The translations under genes were made by a program, and so were the position numbers. A DNA stretch of 64,000 nucleotides, from the IMG/VR virus record IMGVR_UViG_3300009703_004110, positions 248,001-312,000 of that record, one strand, 5' to 3'. Below are positions 39,407 through 49,176 of this stretch, piece after piece (position 1 is the first letter of the stretch; each line of letters begins with the position of its first letter). A model generated the notes under the pieces. That model saw nothing but the letters and a program-made list of their open reading frames with translations. It did no database searches and was not told the DNA's origin.

Positions 39407-40360
39407 TTACTCGGCCTGCCATTCCCACTTGTAGCGGGTTTGATGGCTGCGGTAGTAACTGTATTCACCATAGTGATTATTGTTACCGCGAGCCACCAAG
39501 TCTTCAAACGCCTGCTTGTCATCACGGTGGTCTCTGTAAAGCTCCACGAACATCATAACCATATGACATAGATGATGTTGATTAGCAGGATTCGGCAACC
39601 AAGCCTGAGTGTACTGCCCACGATAGTTTTTGCTATAGTGTTTACCATCACCCCTTATACTTACGGGCCGCCCATGTCTGTAGAAATCTAAAAACTTTTC
39701 TACGTTATGCACGCCAAGCAAAAGCTCTAGCTCGCCAGTTTTATGATACGGTACATACTTCATAGCAGAAGTAGATTCGCCATATAGCTTATGGGTTACT
39801 ACTTCTTCGTAGACATACCAAGTAACGTACTTCTTGTGACGCTTTAGCATATCGTTTAGTTTACGATGTGCCCAGGAGTCTTCAAGTATTTCCTGCATTA
39901 CTTTGCGAATATCGGCGGCGGCAAAAACTTCTCTTGTATCTCTATGGCGGTAACTGTATCTCCAGCTATACGGGTTCTTATCGAAACCGTCTATCCACTC
40001 TAAATGAGAATAGGCGTGCTCAATAATTACGCCCTTACCTTTAATGACGCCTTTGATGTAGTCCATCTTTTCGCCATCGGGAATGTCTTTTGCCTTTACT
40101 TCTGCCCAATGACAGAAGTGATTGGTCTTATCAGCGCCACGTCTATCTGCAACGATCCAGCTTCTTTCGTGCTCGCCATCGTCCCAAAAATCAGTGTCGT
40201 CGTCCAACCAATCTTCTTCGCTTCTAATTTCACTCAATGCTTGACGTGCGTTTCTACGCAATCGTCTGTTTAATTTGGCCTTTCCTAAGCGGGCGGATCT
40301 GCGCCTACTGGAAGGTAAGATGCTTCTTACCATTTGACGTACTTTTTCGTCGCCGTACAT
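39407..40360 (-). CDS. Hypothetical protein with a highly basic N-terminus
   Basis: SD GGAGG then ATG; MVRSILPSSRRRSAR. Confidence 0.75.
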   Translation of the reverse strand: MYGDEKVRQMVRSILPSSRRRSARLGKAKLNRRLRRNARQALSEIRSEEDWLDDDTDFWDDGEHERSWIVADRRGADKTNHFCHWAEVKAKDIPDGEKMDYIKGVIKGKGVIIEHAYSHLEWIDGFDKNPYSWRYSYRHRDTREVFAAADIRKVMQEILEDSWAHRKLNDMLKRHKKYVTWYVYEEVVTHKLYGESTSAMKYVPYHKTGELELLLGVHNVEKFLDFYRHGRPVSIRGDGKHYSKNYRGQYTQAWLPNPANQHHLCHMVMMFVELYRDHRDDKQAFEDLVARGNNNHYGEYSYYRSHQTRYKWEWQAE

Positions 40361-40431
40361 ACGATCCTCCAATCGTTCGTTCTCTTGGAGGAATTTCAGA
40401 TATTATTTTATATCCAAGAGAACTTAATCAT
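40361..40431 (-). promoter_or_regulatory. Candidate leader-peptide translational attenuator
   Basis: Leader MIKFSWI*; alternative stems involve the SD. Confidence 0.45.
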
Positions 40432-40490
40432 AATGCACACTAGTATTTAGTGTGTTAATCTTTGTCGTCTTAGATAGGTGTAAGCGCATC

Positions 40491-40733
40491 TTACTCTCCG
40501 TAAATTAGGATCTCATCGAAATCCTTATGAAACATTACGAGCCTGACTCCATCATACTTAATTACATAATGTACGCCAGATTCTTCATCTGGATCAGGAT
40601 CGATAGAATGTATTGGTAATTTTTCTGGCATTATAGCCAATAGATTGGGTATCTTAGAAGCGGTAAACTCAAGCATACTTAGCCACACTTTTAATTTAGG
40701 GACTAAGTATCCTAAAACTACATCTTCTTTCAT
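40491..40733 (-). CDS. Hypothetical protein
   Basis: Start trimmed to avoid the tRNA overlap. Confidence 0.5.
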   Translation of the reverse strand: MKEDVVLGYLVPKLKVWLSMLEFTASKIPNLLAIMPEKLPIHSIDPDPDEESGVHYVIKYDGVRLVMFHKDFDEILIYGE

Positions 40734-40771
40734 AGATTCCTCTGGTGGCTTTATAGCTGCAATTTTAAAAA

Positions 40772-40848
40772 TGGTAGCTCCGGTGAGATTCGAACTCACG
40801 ATACACAGGATATGAACCTGCTGCCTTAGACCTCTTGGCTACGGAGCT
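40772..40848 (-). tRNA. tRNA-Met or Ile2 (CAT)
   Basis: Loop TTCATAT, CCA. Confidence 0.88.
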
Positions 40849-40884
40849 ATATATATCCAATAGTACTAAGGATGCGAAAGGGAA

Positions 40885-41190
40885 TCAACCCCAAGTTGCT
40901 GATACAAGATAATGTCCAGGTTCAAGGTGCCCCTTTTTAATCAAGGCCATTATCATCATATTTAAACTTACAGTTCCGTCAGAATAGTCCGTCATTTCGG
41001 TGACAGCTTCGTCTACCCACTTCTGACGTGATTTAATTATATCACTCGTACAATCGAACAGAGTTTCTCCGCCGCTATCGTGCCCAGCAATTTCATCTTC
41101 ATATGGTTCACATGTGAATCCGAAATGCTCCTTGGCTAATGATAGAATATCTTCTATATCCGTCCAATATACTTCTAGTCTCTTTATCAT
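40885..41190 (-). CDS. Hypothetical protein
   Basis: ATGA overlap with the RF gene. Confidence 0.6.
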   Translation of the reverse strand: MIKRLEVYWTDIEDILSLAKEHFGFTCEPYEDEIAGHDSGGETLFDCTSDIIKSRQKWVDEAVTEMTDYSDGTVSLNMMIMALIKKGHLEPGHYLVSATWG

Positions 41191-41873
41191 TTGTTTAATT
41201 CCCCAAGCTGGCCTCTAGAGTAAGCTTTGTACGTAATAGTTTTATCATTGATGTGATCATAAACTTTGCCAGCTTGAACTCTAATGGTTCTAATCTTTTC
41301 TTCGCCTCTGCCTCCAGAACCAACTTGTTGCTTACGCTTACTTCTTCTGTTCAAATAAGCCTCTCTGTCAGCTATGGCTTGTAACTTTGCAGAAATAACG
41401 CTGAGTGCATTTTCTTTATTCTGCTTTTGACTACGTTCAGATTCGCATCGCACAATAATCCCTGTTGGCTTATGCTTAATCTGAACAGCAGAGTCAGTCA
41501 CATTTCTATGTTGTCCGCCAGCACCAGAACCTCGGGCAGTCTTTATTTCAAGCTCATCCTTTCTAAAGGATAATTGTTCAGCCTTTTGAGATTCTGGCAG
41601 CACGGCGACAGTAATCGTAGAGGTGTGCACCCTTCCTTTACGTTCAGTAGGCGGGACCCTTTGCCACCTTATAATTCCCGATTCTTTCTGAAATAACTTA
41701 CCGGCATTTTTTCCGATAACTTTAAATATAATAATTCCATCCCTACATGTAATCAAATCTATATCTAACTTATTTCTTTTTGCATACTTACAATAAATTT
41801 TGAATTGAATCTTCACTAGATCTTTTGAATCTGATCCGCCTTCGCCCGCTCTTATTTCTATAATTAATGTCAT
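41187..41873 (-). CDS. prfA: Class I peptide chain release factor, RF1-like, lacking domain 1
   Basis: EIRAGEGG, QRVPPTE (PxT), RVHTST, GAGGQHRN. Confidence 0.9.
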   Translation of the reverse strand: MTLIIEIRAGEGGSDSKDLVKIQFKIYCKYAKRNKLDIDLITCRDGIIIFKVIGKNAGKLFQKESGIIRWQRVPPTERKGRVHTSTITVAVLPESQKAEQLSFRKDELEIKTARGSGAGGQHRNVTDSAVQIKHKPTGIIVRCESERSQKQNKENALSVISAKLQAIADREAYLNRRSKRKQQVGSGGRGEEKIRTIRVQAGKVYDHINDKTITYKAYSRGQLGELNK

Positions 41874-41932
41874 AATAATTCCTATGTAGTTGAAAATCTA
41901 TTTTTATTTCTACAATATATAAAGGAGTTATT

Positions 41933-42070
41933 ATGAAACTAACTGAACGCCAAACTAAAATTATCAATGGATTGATGCTTGGCGATGGAAATATCACTAA
42001 GCGTGGAAATGGGAATGGAAGACTTAGAATAAATCGTAGTTTCTCAACTTTATTTACTTATACTATATAG
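41933..42070 (+). pseudogene. LAGLIDADG endonuclease N-terminal remnant
   Basis: SD AGGAG; MKLTERQTKIINGLMLGDGNI. Confidence 0.65.
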
Positions 42071-42775
42071 CTTCTTCTCAAGCAAGGCCAAAAGTTTCTT
42101 ATTCTTTGTCCCAAGTAAGAAAGGTAATTTATCCAGCGGAGCCCTTTCTATCAACATTTTTTGAACAACTATAGCTCTTGACTTCCAAAATATCTCTAAC
42201 TTATCCAATTCCTCATCTGCAATTAATGCCTCCATTACTTGGACCTTTTCTTTGCCAGAAAAATACCCTCTAAGAAACAGCTTAATTACATCTTCATCTT
42301 TGTGAAGATCGTTTTCTATGACCCAACCAATTAAGCCAAATCTACAATTGGTGTTGAGATTGCCTCTATTAGTTTTAAACTCCTTTGAAGTAACCAGGCC
42401 TAGTAAGTCTTTTATTGATTCGTGCTTTAAAGCAATATCGAATATTTCATCGAATACTTTTACTCTCTCTCCTTTTCCGTACCAGTCATATCTACCTTTT
42501 GCTTCCGTTCGATGCTTTCCCCATCCATAACCACCTTGATAATAATGTCGCTGGTTATCAATGTCAAGAGATAGAATAAGAAGTCTTTCGGTAGCTCTAT
42601 CAATATTGAATACGCCATCAGGAGCTAGGAACTCCTCAAGGCCGTCCACTGTTGGTATGGAGTAGCAACGCAACAAATGACCCAAGTCTTCCGGAAGCCA
42701 CCCTTGACCATGATTATAATTTATTCGTCGTGCTAACTGGATGATGTGCTCTTCTGATAGAGTAAATTCTGTCAT
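42050..42775 (-). CDS. Hypothetical helical protein (paralog family)
   Basis: Ends APLDKLPFLLGTKNKKLLALLEKKL. Confidence 0.65.
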   Translation of the reverse strand: MTEFTLSEEHIIQLARRINYNHGQGWLPEDLGHLLRCYSIPTVDGLEEFLAPDGVFNIDRATERLLILSLDIDNQRHYYQGGYGWGKHRTEAKGRYDWYGKGERVKVFDEIFDIALKHESIKDLLGLVTSKEFKTNRGNLNTNCRFGLIGWVIENDLHKDEDVIKLFLRGYFSGKEKVQVMEALIADEELDKLEIFWKSRAIVVQKMLIERAPLDKLPFLLGTKNKKLLALLEKKLYSISK

Positions 42776-43086
42776 ACTATATAATGATCCGTTACAAAGT
42801 TCTCAAGACCTTGAGAGCCTGCGTGTCGCCCAACCTCTACTCCGTCCCTAAAGGCAATGATAGTTGGAATACTACGTATCCCTGCTTCTTTTGCAGTCTT
42901 TCTTGACACGCCAGTATCTGCCTTCAAGAAAGTTGCCTCTTCATATACTTCAGATAGCTCTTCATATTGTGGCGCTAATGCTTTGCACGGCCCACACCAT
43001 TCGGCCCAAAAGTCTACAAATACTAGACCTTTTGATTTCGTTACTTTTACTTCAAAGGTTTTATCCGTTACTGCTTCTACTGACAT
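42772..43086 (-). CDS. trxA: Thioredoxin
   Basis: DFWAEWCGPCK, IRSIPT. Confidence 0.95.
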   Translation of the reverse strand: MSVEAVTDKTFEVKVTKSKGLVFVDFWAEWCGPCKALAPQYEELSEVYEEATFLKADTGVSRKTAKEAGIRSIPTIIAFRDGVEVGRHAGSQGLENFVTDHYIV

Positions 43087-43097
43087 TAATTTCCCTC

Positions 43098-43694
43098 TTA
43101 TTGCTTGACGTTTTTATTTTGCCTGCAAAAAGTTGATGTTTGGCTATGGCAATTCGGACAAAGCAATCTTAAGTTACTTATTTCATTATTGTTTGGTATT
43201 CCATCTATATGGTCTAATTGCAATACTAATTTTTTATTCTGCCATTTGCTAATATTACACACTGAGCAGTTATATTTTAAAAGACCTGCCGTTAAAAGCC
43301 TTTTCTTCAAAGAGTCGCGACTTTTGTATGGGCTATCTTTGACCAAAATTTCACTTAAATTATACTTATATGTTATACGATTCTTTTGCCAACTACCAAA
43401 ATGCGATATATCGATATTTAGCTCGCTAATATAGCGATCTATTGTTTGAAAATTTCCAGACGCATTAGGGCTTAGTCCCAATTTTTTAATTACATCAGTT
43501 TTAGTTACAGATGCTTTCACTGCTTCGATTAAGTCATCATCAGTCCATGTTCTTTGCGCCCCACGCTTATCTCCGCTCATTCCGTATTTTTTCAAATAAA
43601 ATCTAACCGTAGAGTATCCCGCCCCCATTTTTTCGGCAATTTCTTTTATAGTCTTACATTCTTTCCTATATTTCATCAAAGCTTGCTTGTCCAT
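43098..43694 (-). CDS. HNH homing endonuclease
   Basis: HTH-like N-terminus; LQLDHIDG..NNN.ISNLRLLCPNCHSQT. Confidence 0.9.
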   Translation of the reverse strand: MDKQALMKYRKECKTIKEIAEKMGAGYSTVRFYLKKYGMSGDKRGAQRTWTDDDLIEAVKASVTKTDVIKKLGLSPNASGNFQTIDRYISELNIDISHFGSWQKNRITYKYNLSEILVKDSPYKSRDSLKKRLLTAGLLKYNCSVCNISKWQNKKLVLQLDHIDGIPNNNEISNLRLLCPNCHSQTSTFCRQNKNVKQ

Positions 43695-43739
43695 ATTAGC
43701 TCTCCCTATATTAGCTAATATATTAATAGACGGGATATA

Positions 43740-43815
43740 TGGTGGACTGAGACGGAATCGAACCGCCGACGCGAGGATCTTCAATCCTCCGCTCTACCGA
43801 CTGAGCTATCAATCC
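43740..43815 (-). tRNA. tRNA-Phe(GAA)
   Basis: Canonical, CCA. Confidence 0.95.
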
Positions 43816-43845
43816 ATACAAATTGTATTATTAACGGAGATTGAT

Positions 43846-44385
43846 ATGATTAGAGACTTTGAATTTATCGGCCTTGAGTTTGGCTGCGGAAATACTCCAG
43901 CTAAGCCAGAATATTACGGAGTTGATATCAGAGGCTTTGAAAGTGTTAAGTATGTATGTAACGCCTGGGATATAACAGACCACGTTGAGCCTGAATCAAT
44001 AGACGATATATATAGCAAACATTTTCTCGAGCATCTAACTTTTTATGATGCTAACCGAACTCTCGAAAGTTGGTATAAGATTTTAAAAAAGAAAGGTACT
44101 CTTCATGTTATTGTTCCTGACTTAATATATCATATAAATCAATTTTTAGATCCAAATAGAACCAGACGAATGAAAGTCAAGAAAGGAATCTGGACCGTCG
44201 AAGATATGGCTGGATTTGGATTTTGGGGATTTCAAAGACAAGCTGAACTTGGAGAGACTTGGGATATACACAAGTCTGGTTATGACTTTGACCTTCTAAA
44301 AAGAAAGCTTATAGAGCATGGGTTTCATAAAGTCACGCGACTTGAAGCCGGAAGGGAACACCTCTCTGTTATCGCATATAAATAA
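43846..44385 (+). CDS. Class I SAM-dependent methyltransferase
   Basis: LEFGCG, HFLEHL, VIVPD. Confidence 0.85.
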   Translation: MIRDFEFIGLEFGCGNTPAKPEYYGVDIRGFESVKYVCNAWDITDHVEPESIDDIYSKHFLEHLTFYDANRTLESWYKILKKKGTLHVIVPDLIYHINQFLDPNRTRRMKVKKGIWTVEDMAGFGFWGFQRQAELGETWDIHKSGYDFDLLKRKLIEHGFHKVTRLEAGREHLSVIAYK

Positions 44386-44463
44386 TGGTCCGAGCGGCAG
44401 GAGTTGAACCTGCAATAAGCCTGCTTCCAAAGCAGGTAACCGCGCCACATGGATCGCGCCCGG
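44386..44463 (-). tRNA. tRNA-Pro(TGG)
   Basis: CCTGC-TTTGGAA-GCAGG, CCA; atypical D arm. Confidence 0.8.
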
Positions 44464-44720
44464 ATATGGGTGCGAAGTCGTCCTATTTCACTTTTGTCTT
44501 AAGGCAGGGGAAAGTGTTCCTTTCCCGAGAGGGCGACTCCTCACCTAATAAATCGCTCGCTGCTCGGGAAAGGTGCAAACTTAGCACTATGCGCCACATA
44601 CTCTGCCTCGTATTTGATTCCGTTATTTATGATGTAATGCAACATAGTTGTTCTCCATTGAGGCATAAGCCTGCTTTCACTTTCTATCTTACGCCCTCGA
44701 ATTAAGAGGGTCAAGGGAAA

Positions 44721-45185
44721 TTATGATAATTTTTTAATCAGTCTATCTACTAGGTCTTTCTGTCCCACAATTAATCTGAACTTAGCTACCTCTGCTGATA
44801 CAAATTCACCACGATCAATTTCTGGCACTTGAATCATTGTACCAGAGCCACGCGGCCATTCTATTGTAGTTAAATTAGAAACGATGATTGGGTCATCTGG
44901 TGCTAAGTATCTAGCTCCCCACGCAAACACGTCTTTACGACTTTGTCTGGCTACACCAAGATTTATCAGATTGTCGTAATTTAAATCACTAATGCCCGTC
45001 TCTTCAAGAAGCTCTCTCTTGGCCGCCTCTAATTGATCCTCACCAGCCTCAATCTTTCCTTTCGGAATTGACCAGCGGTCTTTGTCGGGGCCTCTACCGT
45101 ATGGTCCGCCAACATGACAGACTAAGAATTCTAAATTGTCATCCCTAAAACGATACAGAAGAATTCCGGCGCTTTTAGCTCTCAT
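44721..45185 (-). CDS. Nudix hydrolase
   Basis: PKGKIEAGEDQLEAAKRELLEETG. Confidence 0.92.
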   Translation of the reverse strand: MRAKSAGILLYRFRDDNLEFLVCHVGGPYGRGPDKDRWSIPKGKIEAGEDQLEAAKRELLEETGISDLNYDNLINLGVARQSRKDVFAWGARYLAPDDPIIVSNLTTIEWPRGSGTMIQVPEIDRGEFVSAEVAKFRLIVGQKDLVDRLIKKLS

Positions 45186-45651
45186 TGAATTTCTCCATAT
45201 TGAATAAGATTGTATCTACTAAGGCAGAGTTCTTGGTATTATTTAGAACCTCATCTGGTTCTATTTCATAACATATATAATACAACTTATCAGAATGGAG
45301 AATAAAGTTAGGACTCTGAGCAAGAATACTGTCCAAAGCTTTAGAAACTTCTGCGGCTTTTTTCTCAGCCTTCTCTCTTCTTCCAATTGCCTTATGATGA
45401 TTCTTCTTTTTTCTTTTACCATTTAGGTTGCGAACATTACGTAAAGCTTTCTCATGAGCTTTGCGTACTTCAGTTATTTTATGAGTATATCTATCTGCCC
45501 ATTCACGATATGCTTCATGATTTCTGAAGATGCGCTTTTCAATTCTAACCCAATTAATCTCAAATAACTTATGCCAGTAATAAGATTTCGTGTTGGCGAT
45601 AATTATTCCGTGTTCATTAAAAAACTCGCATCCCTGCACGAACGATGGCAT
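45175..45651 (-). CDS. Hypothetical protein, C-terminal-tag family
   Basis: Ends TILFNMEKFNES; start uncertain. Confidence 0.6.
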   Translation of the reverse strand: MPSFVQGCEFFNEHGIIIANTKSYYWHKLFEINWVRIEKRIFRNHEAYREWADRYTHKITEVRKAHEKALRNVRNLNGKRKKKNHHKAIGRREKAEKKAAEVSKALDSILAQSPNFILHSDKLYYICYEIEPDEVLNNTKNSALVDTILFNMEKFNES

Positions 45652-45723
45652 CCATAAGCTAGTCTTACCCCCTTATGAGGCTCTCCAGGTAGCTTTAAAT
45701 GCTTTTCATGCCAACCGTTGTCC

Positions 45724-46209
45724 TTAAGAAGCTGAGTGAATTCCTGAATTGATATCATTTTTAACTCGCGTTAGAACTTCACCAAGCCAATTCTTTCCCT
45801 GCCAGGTGCTACGGCTTTGTGCTCGCTTATCATCCTTAGCTAATCCAATTCCCCAAATTTTATCATAAGGGCTGGCTTCAACCAAAATTTTATCACCTGT
45901 TGCCAATAGAATCTCTTTAAGCTTTTCATCCTGTGTAAATTTCGCCATGCTAGCACGATAAACAATATCTTTAGCAGCGCTCTGCCACTTGCCCACATTA
46001 AAGTTTTTAACTTTGCGGCCAAGGGCCTTTTGTTCTCTTGGACTATTTGTCTTCATAATCTTACGAAGAGATTTAGCGTCCTTGAACATTCTGGCCTTCT
46101 CTGCCATCATATATTGTTCTGCGCAATTATACTTAACACCGTTAATTACAAAAGAAGATGGATGCCATTGACTAAACGGTCCGCTCCAAAAGAATTCAAA
46201 TTCTTCCAT
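45724..46209 (-). CDS. NADAR (YbiA-like) protein
   Basis: FSQW, AEQYMMAEKA, LVEASPYDKIWGIG, G.NWLG. Confidence 0.93.
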   Translation of the reverse strand: MEEFEFFWSGPFSQWHPSSFVINGVKYNCAEQYMMAEKARMFKDAKSLRKIMKTNSPREQKALGRKVKNFNVGKWQSAAKDIVYRASMAKFTQDEKLKEILLATGDKILVEASPYDKIWGIGLAKDDKRAQSRSTWQGKNWLGEVLTRVKNDINSGIHSAS

Positions 46210-46218
46210 TTTAAATCC

Positions 46219-46701
46219 CTATATAAATTTGTCAAGATTGTAAACTATTGATTCCCCAGCCCTCTTTGGTATTACCCCGAGAACATCTTCAATTGGAACC
46301 TCTACAATAAAGTCGTTGCCCTTATCGAAAGACATTTGGACAAAGACTCTTTTCTTTTCTTGTCTATTAGGATCTCTTTCTATTATATACAAAAAGTCTG
46401 TGCCACGTATATAATAAGCTTCTGTTCCGTTTAGAAATCCAATCAGTGGCATAAAACAATTAATATCTTCTGCTAATGGGTATTCTTTTTTAATTCGCTC
46501 TTTAACACGCGGATTGGCATAGGATAGGTAAAGATCATAATATGCCAGAGTTCTAATTAGAATGGTTATAAAACGTCTAATCGTTCGCTTTTGTAATTTA
46601 TACATTAGCTCGTTTTTGTTCATTCTTTTAGTGGCCCTCTTATTGTGGGTTCTTATCACCTGAATCAGAATCCATAAGATATTATATACATTAACTTTCA
46701 T
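46219..46701 (-). CDS. Hypothetical protein, C-terminal-tag family
   Basis: Ends IPKRAGESIVYNLDKFI. Confidence 0.65.
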   Translation of the reverse strand: MKVNVYNILWILIQVIRTHNKRATKRMNKNELMYKLQKRTIRRFITILIRTLAYYDLYLSYANPRVKERIKKEYPLAEDINCFMPLIGFLNGTEAYYIRGTDFLYIIERDPNRQEKKRVFVQMSFDKGNDFIVEVPIEDVLGVIPKRAGESIVYNLDKFI

Positions 46702-46720
46702 ACTATCTCATAGGAGCTTA

Positions 46721-46795
46721 TGGATGGGGTATTAGGACTCGAACCTAAAGTAGCAGGTCCAGAGCCCACTGTGTTGCCAATTACACCATACCCCA
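46721..46795 (-). tRNA. tRNA-Gln(CTG)
   Basis: U1:A72, loop CTCTGGA, CCA. Confidence 0.9.
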
Positions 46796-46829
46796 ATAGC
46801 ATCTTTACTTATTACTGATTTGTTATAGT

Positions 46830-47144
46830 TTAAACAAACAGGTCAAAGTGAAAGATCACTTGTGATTTTATATTTGGTGGAAGCATTTCGAAGAATTGCT
46901 CAATAGGAATTTCTACCCTGTCGCTATAAGCTTGTCCAAAATAATATCTTACTAAAGGACTCCCATCAGAATTTATTCCGCATATTTCAATTAGTAAGTG
47001 TGTTCCATTGACTTTATAAAAGCCGCGATATATCTGAGAAAGAAAGGGCAAATGATGGGCTTCTTCGGCCCCATCAACTACGCCATATCTATTCGGTATA
47101 TTCCTATAGCTCACCTTGCTATAAGCCTCTCTAAGTATTCCCAC
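46830..47144 (-). CDS. Hypothetical protein, C-terminal-tag family
   Basis: Ends LPPNIKSQVIFHFDLFV. Confidence 0.65.
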   Translation of the reverse strand: MGILREAYSKVSYRNIPNRYGVVDGAEEAHHLPFLSQIYRGFYKVNGTHLLIEICGINSDGSPLVRYYFGQAYSDRVEIPIEQFFEMLPPNIKSQVIFHFDLFV

Positions 47145-47659
47145 ATTTCTGCGGGAGCATTAGTTGAGCCTTGCAGCTTTGCCTTAAAGGCAGACCATTC
47201 CTTACGATACATGCCAAGGAGATTCTTTTTCTTAGTATGACAATGCTCTATGTTGGCAATTCGATCTGCTAACTTTAGAATGATTGCATCTTTAATCTCT
47301 ATAATCTTGCCATGACTTTTGGCATGACGCTCCCTACGGTTCTTACCAGGCTCATTAGAGACGGCATAAACAAGTAATGCCACGTCATCACCGAAGACTT
47401 CCGCAACCTCTTCTCTAGTCACATGAGTATCCTCAATAACATCATGAAGAATTGCGGCAAGAATCAGCCTTCTTGATCTGGCACGTTCATAGTCGTCTTC
47501 TAACCAGGGGCCAAATCCATAACGAACCAGCACTTGAGACACTTGTACAAGATGCATAACATAAGGCACATTGCCATACATTTGATCGCCATGAGCATCA
47601 ACAGCAAACTCAATTGCTTTTTGGTATTCACTATCAAACTCTTTAATACCAAACAACAT
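47111..47659 (-). CDS. HD-domain (p)ppGpp-hydrolase-like protein (SAH/Mesh1 type)
   Basis: AH.DQ...PY..H, AAILHDVIEDT, LKLADRIAN. Confidence 0.85.
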   Translation of the reverse strand: MLFGIKEFDSEYQKAIEFAVDAHGDQMYGNVPYVMHLVQVSQVLVRYGFGPWLEDDYERARSRRLILAAILHDVIEDTHVTREEVAEVFGDDVALLVYAVSNEPGKNRRERHAKSHGKIIEIKDAIILKLADRIANIEHCHTKKKNLLGMYRKEWSAFKAKLQGSTNAPAEMWEYLERLIAR

Positions 47660-47706
47660 AATACACCTCGACTATATTCTATTACCTGTCAGCTTTTCTT
47701 TCTAAG

Positions 47707-49176
47707 TTAGCCGCTAGTTCTCATGGTTGGAAATAAGATTACATCCCGGATAGAGGTTCGATTTGTTAAAATCATAACCAGCCGGTCAATACCGATACCT
47801 TCGCCAGCCGTTGGTGGCATACCGAAAGTTAAAGCTCTAACGTAATCTTCATCAAAATACATTGCCTCATCATCGCCGGCATTCTTCCTCACTACCTGAG
47901 CAGCAAAGCGATCAGCTTGATCCATCGGATCATTAAGTTCGGAAAAGGCATTTGCAATTTCCATACCAGCAACAAATAACTCAAACCTATCGGTCACCCG
48001 TGGGTCGTCATCATTACGTCTAGCAAGCGGGCTGATCTCTGTTGGATAGTGAGTTACAAACGTTGGATTAATCAACTGATCTTCAATGTATGTATCAAAG
48101 ATTAATGTAAACATTTCTCCAATAGAGTCTGGTAGCTCACTCTCATAAGCTGGATTAGCTGACTGCCAAAATTCGTGCAAGTTTTGAATCGAATAAGGAT
48201 CGCCCTCAACACCAACCTTTGTTAGCAACTCATCAAACCTGGCTTCGCCCCATTGGCCGAAGTCAATTTCAGTATCACCATACGGTCTAACTAAATTACT
48301 ATAGCCAAACAAATCTCCAACCAACTCAGTAATCATATTCTGAGTCATCTTCATTAGATCACGATAAGTAGAGTGAGCCGCATAGAATTCAACAGTAGTG
48401 AATTCAGGATTGTGCTTGGTGGAAATCCCCTCATTTCTGAAATTCTTTCCAATCTCATATACACGATCTAGCCCGCCAACAATTAATCTCTTAAGATAAA
48501 GCTCTGGAGCAATTCTCATAAAGAGATCCATATCTAAAGCATTATGGTGCGTTACGAATGGCTTAGCTGACGCTCCGCCAGGAATCGGCTGTAAGGTCGG
48601 GGTCTCTACCTCTAAAAAACCTCGATCTTCTAAGTGCCGACGTACTCCGCTAACAATCTTAGATCTTGTAATAAAGACTTGCCTACTGTCATCATTGACT
48701 GCCATGTCTAAGTAACGCATTCGAGAACGTGTCTCTTGGTTAGTTAGACCGACATGCCTATCTGGCATACCCGCAATATTCTTGGAATACAAATGAATCT
48801 CTGCTACATTTACAGTCAACTCACCCATGCGCGTGCGCATCATGGTTCCAGCGAACCAGACCCAATCACCAATATCCATCGCCTTCCATTCGGCAAACTG
48901 TTCTGCACCAACAGTCTTCTTTGATACCATAATCTGAATGGCAGCATCTTGACCATTTACGCGGCCAAACCCAAGCTTACCAAGCTCATTCTTAAATCGC
49001 AATCTTCCAGCGGATGATACGGTCATATCATTCATGGCCGCAATAGAGTGCTCACTATAAGCAGTAACAATGCTCTCAACGCTGGTGTCAAATGGTATAT
49101 CATTCGGATATGGCTCGATTCCTTCTGCCCTGAGGCGTAGCGCCTTGTCTCTCATTTCTTCATTAAACTGAAACAT
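47707..49176 (-). CDS. lysS: Lysyl-tRNA synthetase (class II)
   Basis: GGASAKPF.THHN, RIAPELYLKRL, FRNEG, HNPEF, GMPPTAGEGIGIDRL. Confidence 0.97.
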   Translation of the reverse strand: MFQFNEEMRDKALRLRAEGIEPYPNDIPFDTSVESIVTAYSEHSIAAMNDMTVSSAGRLRFKNELGKLGFGRVNGQDAAIQIMVSKKTVGAEQFAEWKAMDIGDWVWFAGTMMRTRMGELTVNVAEIHLYSKNIAGMPDRHVGLTNQETRSRMRYLDMAVNDDSRQVFITRSKIVSGVRRHLEDRGFLEVETPTLQPIPGGASAKPFVTHHNALDMDLFMRIAPELYLKRLIVGGLDRVYEIGKNFRNEGISTKHNPEFTTVEFYAAHSTYRDLMKMTQNMITELVGDLFGYSNLVRPYGDTEIDFGQWGEARFDELLTKVGVEGDPYSIQNLHEFWQSANPAYESELPDSIGEMFTLIFDTYIEDQLINPTFVTHYPTEISPLARRNDDDPRVTDRFELFVAGMEIANAFSELNDPMDQADRFAAQVVRKNAGDDEAMYFDEDYVRALTFGMPPTAGEGIGIDRLVMILTNRTSIRDVILFPTMRTSG

